Source of the DNA: a virus
Strand: one strand, 5' to 3'
Length of the DNA: 64,000 nucleotides
Virus record (IMG/VR): IMGVR_UViG_3300027881_000536
Span: 54,156 to 118,155 of that record
Positions 1 to 12,000 of the stretch are shown here, in pieces. Under the pieces are notes generated by a model that was not told the origin of the DNA, ran no database searches, and saw only the letters and a program-made list of their open reading frames with translations. Positions within the stretch are counted from its first letter, which is position 1. Every line of letters begins with the position of its first letter. Position numbers and translations under genes: made by a program.

Positions 1-3000
1 CCTCTGTTCGATGAGGCTAGTGTGGTGTCTGATGGGACTACTATCAATGACCGACTCTTCCAAAGCATAGGAAGTGTTGCACACGATTACCAATTAGGTA
101 CTCAGTACGCTAGTACTAGAGCCCTAGTTGAGATACCAGTGTTTGGCAACCAGTTCTTCGATGACCCAAGAAATGGTGTATTCCCTGGGCCTGACAACAG
201 CATGAAGATACATTTAGACCCCACACTCACAGCCCATTCTTGGGCACCAAACCCTGTGGGAAGAAGGGCAATGGGAATTTCCCCTGCAGACCGGGATGTA
301 CTAGGTCCTTATCACAAGAGATGGATTGAGAACACTACTAAATCGGCTGTTGTTGTCACCAAGATGGATTGTGCATCTTCTGGTTACAAGATTTACTTTG
401 ATGACCTCAGTAAATCCTTCCCTGCTTTTGAGGAGGCTATCTCATCATTCAGAGACATCACAGGAGTCCAGAAGGCCGGTACTAATGCTGGTGTCGCTGA
501 AGTAGCAAACACTATCATGCATAGACGCATTTACACTCCTGAAGGGGAGTGGGCTATCGTAGAGTCAAACTCTGGTAGTGAGTATGTAACTGTCAACAAT
601 CCTCTTAGCACTGGGACTAGTGAACATTTCTGGAAGAATTTCTCTGAAGGGGGGATAGTTTCCAATATAGTAAGTGGGAGTTATGGGGAACCTCTTAGAG
701 GTGACCCTGCATTAGAGAGTACCGAGAATGAGTTTCGTAGGCCCTACTACTATGACCGGGCTAATGTTCAGACTCAGGGTGGTAATATTGACTATGGTCT
801 TAGGCAATATGTCAGTGCTGTCGAGTTCAAGGAAGGTCCTACTGCCAACCCACACGCTAAGAAGATAGAGAGTGGTGCTGCTACTTTTGAGATTATATCT
901 TGGTCTAGTCCTAATGCTGGCTATATCAGTGACAATCTACCTAGTTTTACGGGCTCTAGTTGGACTGACACTACGATGGAAGCCATCAATCAAGATGATG
1001 AGATACTGTTATTCACCCACCATACAGATGGAGATAAGATTGTAGTATCATCTGGTACCCCAGCAGTTGGTGATATCTACACTCTTAAGCGATTGAAATT
1101 TTCACAGAATAATTTAGGTATAACCACTACCAACTATTTCGATATCCATGATGGTTATGGGGTAGGAGAACAGTCATGGAAGAATACTCTCAACAAGACA
1201 TGGAACAACCCCTATGCTCCGGGTGGATTGAGGCATGGTGATACTGTATGGATGAATATGCACTACACCAATCCCCATGCCATCGAGGGTCTATTCTGTA
1301 AGTCTCGCGGAGTTCTCAACGAGTTCCTAGTTTGGAATGGTTTCAATGGAGGTAGAGGAGAACTAGGGACACAGGCTCGTGATAGCATACCACTCGAGAA
1401 CTTCCTGATAGGTAACACCTGTATGGAGACTGCTCAGAACTTCGTGCAGCATGTGAACAAGACAGTGGAACTTAACTGGTTGGAACTGGGATACTCAGCC
1501 TCAGAAGTTCCTGTGGTAGCATACCTTGACCCATACTTAGCCAAGGAGGGTCACGCACGCGTACTACTCTATGATGTGGCTCATGACAGGGAGTTCATAG
1601 CCTTCCATGACATCCACATGCAAGTTCAGACAGGGCAGGCTACCCCTAAGGTCAACGGATTGGATATTGCTAATGGGTTCTATAGCCAAGATAAACACAG
1701 AAATAACAGTAGTCAAACCAGTGGTGGGGCAGCAATAATAGAACAATCTGACTTCATAGAAGGGGCTTATGCTCACAAGAGTAGTCCTTACATGGAAGTG
1801 ACTACTAGCGGACAGACTCACAATGCCTATGGTATGAATGATGCTACAATATTCTATGGCTCTTCTTTCCTAGGTAGCACTGGTAGGACAGAGAACAGTA
1901 CAGTAAGAACAGAAGACCTAACCTATGGGGTTAATTATACAGAGAAAAGACATCAGTTGGAGACTGCTACTACGAATCGTTCCACCTTCTTTGATACACC
2001 TGATGGCACTAGGGCTATACCGGCTTTCCTTTGCCTCAAAGGAAATCGAGCAAATACACTTGACCTGACCACACATTCAGAATCTAGATTGCAGCACCTC
2101 CCACAATGGAAAGATATGGATTTCGTGAGAAGATTGACACTTGATTTGGGTGAGATAGGGCAGGCTGATGGGGTATCTAATACTGAGTCGGCTGTGCGTG
2201 AGATGGTTAGAAGAGTGAATCAAGCCGCTGCTTTACAGGGTAGAAGTGTTGGTGGCTCTACCCATGACCCTGCTACTTTCTGGGATGATACAGCATTCAA
2301 TGGTGACAAGGGTTCCCATATGGGGTATCTTAGAGCCCATTTCGGTAGGGCTGTAAAGGACTTGGATGGTAATGATGGGTATACCATTGTGATACACAGT
2401 ACAGTACCAGGTGCTTCTGGTAGGAACTTCTGTGCTTGGTTGGACAACAGCAAGGGTCAAGCAGAGTATAGACCTCAGTTTCTAGTTGGTCATGGTGGTA
2501 GATTCCGTAGTTTTTGGGCTATGCCAATGGAAGGAGAGGATGAGAATATGCACCCGGCTCCTATGCCTATCACCAAGAATGGAAGGCCCTTTGCTCCCAT
2601 TACTACATTGAGACAGATGGTTCCACCCGATGATGAGGATGAGGAATTCATCAATAACTTGGCTGATTATGAAGGTACCAATACTAGGAGAAATAGTGAG
2701 ATGGCCACTGGTCGTGGTGCTAATACTGTCTATCAAGAGTCGTTTGAATCACAGGGTGATGCTAATAGAATGGTAGAAGGTCTGAGGACTGGGACTCGTG
2801 CTCGTGCTCGTATCAATTTCGGGGGATTGGTAGCCAGTGGTGTACCAGGTTGGGCACCTGATGCTGGCTCCATGGGTTTTGGTATACTCAACAAAGGAGG
2901 TAGATTTGACAAAATCTACAATGATGATAGTAACACCACTTACTCTACCTATGTGACAACAGATGAACAATCGAAAGATGAAGTTGGTAAGGGGGAGTTA

Positions 3001-6000
3001 TATGGTTTTAGATTCACTGACCACAGAGATAAAGACCATACAATTAGGTTAGTTTACCGTGAGAAGGGTCAATCTTTCGCAAATAACAATACTGTATTAC
3101 CACCAGGTTTAGAGAATGAGATAATTATCTCGTTTGATGATAGAGATATAGGTAAGGGGGGCTTTACTGTAGGTAAGCATATGAAAGGTTCTACCTATCC
3201 TGTTACTATTGACGCAGGAGAAGATAGTGTTGGTGATGATATCACTACTAGTGTGACATGGCGAGGTAATAGTTGGAATGGTATAAAAGCACCATCGGCA
3301 GGTTATCCAGTCTCTACTGCTTCTGTCAGTGGTAGTAATCTATCTATCACATTGAGCAACATATGGTATACAGATGCTTCTACTGCTACTTCTTTGGATT
3401 ATCTTGGGCTACTAGGTTTCCCTGAAGAAGGTCTCTTCATTTACACAGACAATCATTCTAGTTCTCAAACAACCAAAGTCTTCCGCTATACATCTCGTTC
3501 TCATAAGTCTGCTGCTAGTGATGCTAATGGTACTATGTCCACCCACTCTTTCTATGGTGTTACTGGAGGTACTCTTGATACTAGCAATATGAGTGCTGAA
3601 TACGCTACTATCAGCCCTATGCTCAACTGGACTACTATAGTGACGGATGAACTCATCGCTGCTGCCGTAGAATATGCTATGGGTGTCGACCCTAATACTG
3701 CAAGTGAGTTTGACTGTAGTAAGTTGTATGGTCCTGATGGTCGAACTTACAAGGAATGGATGGGTGATGCTGCCACTACTGCTATACAGATTCATACTCT
3801 GAATGATAAGAAGAAAGTCACTCCCTTAGGAGATTTATTTTCAGTATCTAGAGAGATAGATTTAGGACTCTATGCTGGTAATGCTGAGACTTATTTAACT
3901 TCAACCCAAGTTGATGATGGGGTAGTAGTTGATACTGGTTATCTACCTAAAACCTTGTTGAATATCACAAGCAAGTTCAGAGGTGAGAATGCTAATACTG
4001 TAAGTCCTACTTTCATCAAGAGTAATGGTGATTCACTATCTACATCTGATTGGAAGAAGCACTTGAGAGGTGAGAAGTTCACTGCTTATGCGGGAGACCA
4101 CATCACCCCTTGTATTAATAATGTTATAGTGAAAGTCACTAGTGTTTCTGGTACCACCATAACAGTGACTCCTTGGCAGTTGTTAACACCATATGACCCT
4201 GCTATTGCTGCTCTTGATAATTACTTCTCAGAATTGTACACCCTCTATGACCCTAATGGTAAGTGGGCTACATATCAACTAGTACCGGCTGGCAACAATG
4301 ATTCCGGTGGTAAACTAGAACTGGTCAACAAGCACAGTGATTTCTCAATTGCTCAGAATAATCATCTTTCTACTTGGGGGCCTGAGAAAGACCCTAGGGC
4401 TAGAGAATTTGCAGGGCATCGCTTAACAGGGAACACTTACGGGGAGCCACTGACCTATTTCCGTGGGGCTCATGATAGCCCTGACCATAGTGTCCCACTT
4501 TACTTCGGGGGTGGCTTCAGTGGTGTGGTTATGGATATCAATGACGGAACACAGAATGACTATACTGAGTTCTACTCTCACCCCTACGCTTCCGGTCCAA
4601 CAGGGTGTGCTGGACTGCAGAATGTGGGAGAGAACATGGGGGCTCATGCCATACTAGATACTACTGCGATGCTAGCCATGTTCCCTGGCACTCCATTCCT
4701 TAATCAACACAGAGGTGAATCCCAACCCCCATTCACTAATGCCGATGCCCTATTGGCTCCAGATATGAATGTCAAGAGTGGTAGTGGGAGCAATTTAGCA
4801 GGTAATACTACTCAACTGGTGGGGTATGACAATGATTCTGATAAGGCTACTAGGTACAAAGATGATGGTAGTGATGTAGATAACCAAACCACCATCACCC
4901 ACCCTACTCCTATAGTCCTTAGGTTCGCTCACCCTTATGCGAGATATACTGATGCTGCCAGTGGATGTGCTGATGAGGTAGCCTACATTGTGTTTGGTCC
5001 TGGTCAATCTGTACCAAAGAACATACAGATGTATGCCAGTAGTGGTGTGAAAGAGCCTACTGCTCTTAAGACTGTGAGTGCTAAGTTCACACATGTCTAT
5101 CACAATGACCTGGGTGGTATTTCTTTGAGAGGCTCTGGGACTGAGCCTGGTAAGTATCACCCTAATGAGATGAGCAAGGGATGGAAGAATAGTGGGACTT
5201 ATACCGATAGGGCTGGACTCTTCAAGCCATATCTACCCCCTACTATGTCTTGGCAAAGGAGTGCTGAGTATCCCTATGGAGTTCTGAGAAACTGGGAGCC
5301 TGCTTGTGGTACACCAAGTGAGTGGTTGAATACTGAGTTCGACTCTAGTAGTGCTTCACTCATTACCAATCACTGGGCTAGTAGTAAAGCCACTGCATCA
5401 TTGACAATAGCACATCCAATGTTCACACAGACTACTGCTGATGCATTGTATTACCACTGGCATATGGATGGTGGGTACCCTGCTGGTGGTAACTGGATGG
5501 ACAATGCTATCGCTAAGAATCCTACACATCCTACTACTGGAAATAGGTTACCTGATAATCAAGAACACTCTATCAATAGTGAAGACATCACTCTAGGGCT
5601 GAATGCCAGTATGTTCAGAGTAGGTGCTCTAGCCCTCGAAGACTATGACAGGGGACTAACAGAAAATACCACAGGAGATGGGACCACTAGGGATGTCTTC
5701 GTAGTTGATGCCACTAGGGTACAGAACTCAGAGGAACTGGCTACCATCATCTCAGCAGCCATTAACTCCTATCCCGGTGAGGGTAATCTCAAAGCCATGG
5801 GCGGGACATTCCTCCCTTCCTTCCAAGATGCCATAAGACAGGATAGGTATGCTTGGATTAATGTCGGGATGGTGAAAGATAGTGGTTATTCCAATGGCAC
5901 TACTCTGACTACGGATGAGAGGTTACCGAAATATCTTCCAGAGAAGGGATGGTTGAGGGTCAGTAAAACAGGTACTGGTGTGTTCTATGGTAGATACACT

Positions 6001-9000
6001 GCCCATGATGATGATGCTAGTGGTGAGGGTACATTCACCATAGGTACTAACTGGCGTAGTGGTGGTGCTAGACTAGAGAGTCCTACGATTGGGAGTGGGA
6101 CTACTGCAGGTAACCATGACGCTGCTGCTATTGATGACTCTTGGACAATCTATGTATGGTCAAAGACAGGTAATCTGAGGTGGAGTAACGGTGCACCTGA
6201 AGCATTGCATACTGCAGACGCTTCTACAAGTAACTGGGATACTAATGTGTTCCATCATCTCGCTGCTACTCAAGTCCACTTCAATGGCTTCGTAGATGCT
6301 ATAGACAGGACCAGACCAGTGGGTGCTGTAGGATGGCATGGTGAGAGATACTCCTATCTGAATAGTCTCAAGGTAGCCAAGACTACTACTGGTCATGGTA
6401 TTAGTGCTGGTCTAGGGGCATGGCATCCTCTACTAGGCTTCAATCCATATGGGAGTGCTATGGGAGTCCACGCTCTCAATGGTGCTACTGCTGCTTATGC
6501 ACAAGCCGGGGCTACCGCCTCATTCACTCAAGACTCGACTGGTCTGAATAGTGGGCTACACCCTAGACACTATGTTGTGGTATCTAATGAAGCGGAGTTA
6601 CCTATCATAGCGAAAGCAGACAGAGATGGTCTACTACTTTGTGGAGATATGCTAGACAAGAGATGGGCTGCTAGTAGCAAGACTGGTGGTACAGTCATAG
6701 CCTCTCATAATGCTAGGCACAACAATGACAGGTTCGCTGCTTATGCTCATGGGGGCCCTCATGTGGATGCACAATTTGCTAAGGATTTTGCTGCCCCTTC
6801 TAGTAGTAATGGTGAGTGGGCAGCCAACATTCCAACCGCTGGTGAGTTGTACCCAATGGAATCTTGTCTATTCCCTACCGGGGACCTGTTCTACGATAGG
6901 CTAGAAAACCCAGGAGTGGCACACTACCCACAGGAAGACCCCATCAATCACAATGACATAGGCTCTAACACTTTAGCAGCACAATCTGCTGTGTTAGCAG
7001 CACCTTATTCCTTTTGGAAGGGTAAGAGTGCTGCTCGAAACTTCTTCACTAATCATGTGGTTTGGAAGAGGATGGACGGTGGTAATCTATGTATGCCTGC
7101 CTCTAATGCTAGAGGATTAGGTGCTGTCCCTTGGGTGTGGCGTAAGGTAGGTAATTCCTATGTGAAGTTCGGGGAGACTATCTATGGTAACACTCGTTTC
7201 TCGTTCGAGACTACCAATGCTGCAGTGTTCCCTACTGTACAGGCTCAGGAGTTAGCCCACCCTCAGTTAGCAGAGAAATACCCAGTGGAGATAGGGGCCG
7301 CTTTGTCTATACCCAACGAGGAGATACAATTTGAGGCTATCACAGTGGTCGATGACTCAGGTCAGGAGCACAAGATAGAGGGTGGCTCACCTCTAGGTAC
7401 TGTGATTAGAGACTTTTCAAGAGTAGGGGGGAGAGATATCCAAGGTCCTGCTTTATCAGGCTCTGGTAATGAGCCAAATCTATCTATTAATCTACCAGAC
7501 CCTAATACCATTCCTGGTAACATTCTAGTGAGAAGTGGTTTCGATAAGGTGCAGGCTTACCAACATGAGACCATGGGGGCTGGTGGACTTCAAAGACCTG
7601 ACCTACCTGACGCTGTAGTGAGCAGCAACTTCGACTCAACTAATGAGAATCCATCAACCAACCCATTTTGGGAGAACGAGGGATGGGAAAGAGTAGACAA
7701 TAGTGAGACCAGCGAGGTGGGTACAGGTTTCCCTTACAGTAAGAGTGGGAGCATGGATGATAAGGCCCCTCTACAGACCTCCTATGAGCCACATGATAGG
7801 GCACTCTACTTCCATCTAACCAAGATGGGTTGGGGGTACACTGAGAGAGAACCCCTAGGTATAGTCAGTGCTACTACTAACGGAGTCACCACTAACACCA
7901 TGACTCATAATCCACTGACATTCGTGAGTGTGAGTGGCTCAGTTTTAACTGCTAGTGGGACTATCACTGCACCCATTTGGCAAGCCGAGCAGACTCCTGA
8001 TGGCAGGTCATTCCTTACTGTCAATGGTCATGTGGTATCATTCACAGGGGTCAGTGGCTCGACATTTACTGGCTGTAAGTTCACTCCAGGCTTCACAGCC
8101 ACTAACGGGAATATGATGAAGCCCTCGTTTTATGTTCCTGCTGGGAGCACTCGCCACTTCGCTGCTAGGAGGCTCAGAGACCATGCTGAGGTCAGTGGAG
8201 AAAGCCCAGACAAGGCACCGATTGATTGGGTGGGCGTTGATGTCGATGCTAGCCCAGCAACTGCCATTAGAGATGACCGTCTGACACCAATGCCCATACC
8301 TCGAATGGGACACCACTATGTAACGCCTACTATGGCTGTGATGCCTGGGCATTTATCTCACCCTCTCTATCAGAGAGTCTACAACCTCAATAGGGCTTAC
8401 CAAGGTGCTACTACTAGCATAGAGCAAGCACAAGGGTACACTTCAGTGGAGAACAGCCTCATAGGTCTAGACAATGGTAGTCTATTGGAGGAAGAAGGTG
8501 TAGGGGTCAACGCCCTGATGTGGTTCTCATCCCCTTCAAGCCCTCACCCCCCATCTGATATCCATGGTGGGGCATTCACTCTGATGGTAGAGACCAAGGT
8601 GAGATATGATGGCTATGGTATACTAGCCTTCGATGCTGAGAATAATAGTGGTGACCATAGGCTCAAACTAGAGGCTGGTACAAACTACAGTACTCATTGG
8701 AACTTCCCAGACCCACTAGAGACTGGGGCATACCAAATTATTATTCAGCCTAACCTATTTGCTCAACAACTCATGGGGTTCAGTACTAACTATGACTTTG
8801 GTGCTGATAGTAGTACTCAGTACCCCCTTCTCACTGACCAACAGGTGGCCACAGTCATAGCCTTACAGTGGAACGGTACCACCTATGATTTCGTATTGGC
8901 TGAGGCTCTCAAGGCTGATGTCAGAGGCTGTGAGGTCTATCTGAATGAGGTGATTTTGGACATAGACCCATCACCTAATCAGCAATTTACTAGCCTCCCG

Positions 9001-12000
9001 ACATTAGCACTTTATAATCCACTAGGAGTGAATGAATCTACCTCGCCTGCTTGGAGTCGCAAGAGTCTACCTTACTATCCTGGTATGTTCCAACTTGCTA
9101 GTCCAGGCTATACTCTCACTGTGCCTTGGTGGTCACCAGCATATACCACTGCTAGTGGGACACTTACCAATGGCGTGTTTGCAGGAGTCAATACTGATAC
9201 CCAAGGCAATTCATATAATTGGAGAAACACTGAACAGTATCATCCTAATCACTACTATCACTTTTCTCGAACTGGTTACGGTTCCGTAGGCGCTCAGTCA
9301 GTCATGACTGGCTATCCTACCCATTATCTGAACCCGTATCTACATTCTTATGAGTCACTCAATCCTAGTTGTGTAATCAAGTATGCTGATGATGGTAATG
9401 ACCAAATATTGGTAGACAATAATAATTTATTCCCAGAAGTTTCGTTTGTTTACGATGATTGTATGTTGACTGTTATTGACCCAGATGGAGGTACATATGA
9501 AGCCAACTATGGTTATCGTGGGCAGGCTAGTGGTGAAGAAAATGCTACCACGAACAGATTCTATCAAGTGAATGGTTCAACACAATTCTGGGCCGCTTGT
9601 ATTGAAGGTAGGAGGTTGACCCTTACTGGTACTACTAGGAAGCCAGGGGAAGTCTATACTGACAAACTATCCAGTGTTGCTGCTCATCATATACAGGACC
9701 TAAGAGCAGGTACTGGTGATACTGGCACTAGTCATCTACCCGACGCCTATCTATCCATGTGGCATTACAATCTTGGTAGACCCATGACATATTACTCTGA
9801 TAATAGGGCAAGCGCAACTGCTGCTGCTGTAGATAAGAAGCCCTACAACCATCTACCTGAGCACTATGAAACTGTACACTATCATGACTTTGGTTATGTT
9901 GCTAGTGATGGTCCCTTTGACTTTAGGGGATATGGTTGGGATGATGATGGGGCTAACATTGTCACTCCTAACTCAATGGGTACTGGGTCAGGAGATTGGT
10001 TCCCTCAAGCCCGCACTGCTAATAGTTTGTACTATCACTATGGCGCATTCTGGCCTGGTGGCTCACGCTTTGGTGCACAGGCTAGTAGGATGGACCTTTG
10101 GGGAACTGCTGGGCCTGGTTGGGGTAGATTCTGGGACTCGGACCACATCATACAAGAGCAAAGTACTGCAACACAGTTCAGATATGACAGTGCTTCTGGT
10201 ATAACTGATAGTATCAGCAGTGTAAATCATAAGAGAAATGCTGCTTTCGGTTTCCGTTTCTGTGTAAGAGGTCCCTTCAATAGACCAAGGGCTGCGCTTT
10301 GGTCTGCCCAAGGGTTCGATGATACCTACGATAATGAGCACGCTGGTTACAGATTCGGACCATATGTACAGAATGATGCAGTTACTGCTGCTATCTATAC
10401 TCCAGCAACTAATGCTAATACTTCTACTGCAGGTACTGAGTCTATAGCCTCTGGTTATTCTGGTATCATTGAGAGGTTGACTAATGCTTCAGCCTTAATC
10501 GGTTCTGATTTGAAAGGGCAGCAAGTCAAGTATAGTCATGGTAGAAGAATGTGTAGACCATTCGGCTGTGCTGTTAGGAATATTGTGAATGACCCTTATG
10601 CTATACGCCACCACCAAGGAGATTATGTGGCGGGAGCAGCCTCTGCTGATACTGATATCACCAATAGGAGAAGAGACTTGGCAACAGCCCTCGCTCACTA
10701 CATGACTGATTGGTGGGGTAATACTACTGGAGAAGATGTGCGTAGGCTTCCAGTAAGAGGGTTTGGTATCAGACCGGCTTGGGACCCGGAAGATGCTTAC
10801 AGGGCTACTGATAGAACTAGAAATGCTCAAGTATTTGCTGCTCCAAGTGGACATGGTAAGGCTCGAGTCACTCTCGATTTATTTGACCCTGCTACTGCTA
10901 AGAGAGTAGGAGATAGAGGAGATGGAAGAGGAGTTAGATGGCCTACGGTATTCAATGAAGATGTACTACAAGAAGTGGACACTATCATGGATGCTACTGG
11001 CTTAGTGCTCTCATCCAATACTGCAGAGCCACCCCTAGGTAATGGCTATACTCGTGCACGCAATGATGACTTACAACTCAATGAAGTGCCAAGAGGGATT
11101 AGTAGGAGACTGGATGTACATGCTGATGATGGTTTGTTGAAACCAGAAGCCATGGCAGGTTCCAATGTAGAGAAGGCTGCTAATGATTTACTACCAGCAA
11201 GTGAAGTTCTGCAGGAACCAATATCCCGTATCGCTCCTCGGATTGGGCTTGACACTCTGACTATAGGAGAAAGTACAGGGGGCATCGCAAATACTCATGT
11301 TGCTCTTGGGACAGAAGCCCATAGCCTACATACAGATAGAGTGGCGGGTCGTAGATATACATTATCTGGGGGGATAAGAACAAACGATGCATACAGTAAA
11401 CCCTTAGCCGACTATGACCTTTCATCCCTCTCCTTTGTGCAGAAAGATGGTCCTAGTGGTAGTTCCAATGTACCTCATTTCGTACAGGTTATGCGACTCA
11501 ATTATACTCATGGTCTATGGCCTTTGGGTGGTAATCTCATTATGGATTTGAGAAACTATACAGAACCTGTGGATGATGAGAATTGGGGTACTCATTTTCA
11601 AGGGAGAAATAACTATTGGAGTGCTAATCCCTATGAAACAACCAGTCACAATGCTGATACTACACGCACTAACAACTCAGATTACTCAATCAAATTCCTA
11701 CTAAGACCTGTAAGAGTATTGGACCATCGACATCTAGAAATATTCCGAGACCGATTCACTAATGCATTGAGTGCTACTGCTGCTGGTCGCTATGGGGTCT
11801 TCACCTATGATACTCCTAATGCTAGGGCTACTACTGGTGGATTTTTCCTTAGAGGTACTAACCCTGCCCCAGATAATCCTCCTTATCCACCAGCATATCA
11901 TTTCTTGAATGACACTGTTGTCGACAACACCATTTCTACAGAAACCAAAGACTACAGATTACCTATCAGTGTTGGCCCTATTATTCCTGGGACTGAGGCC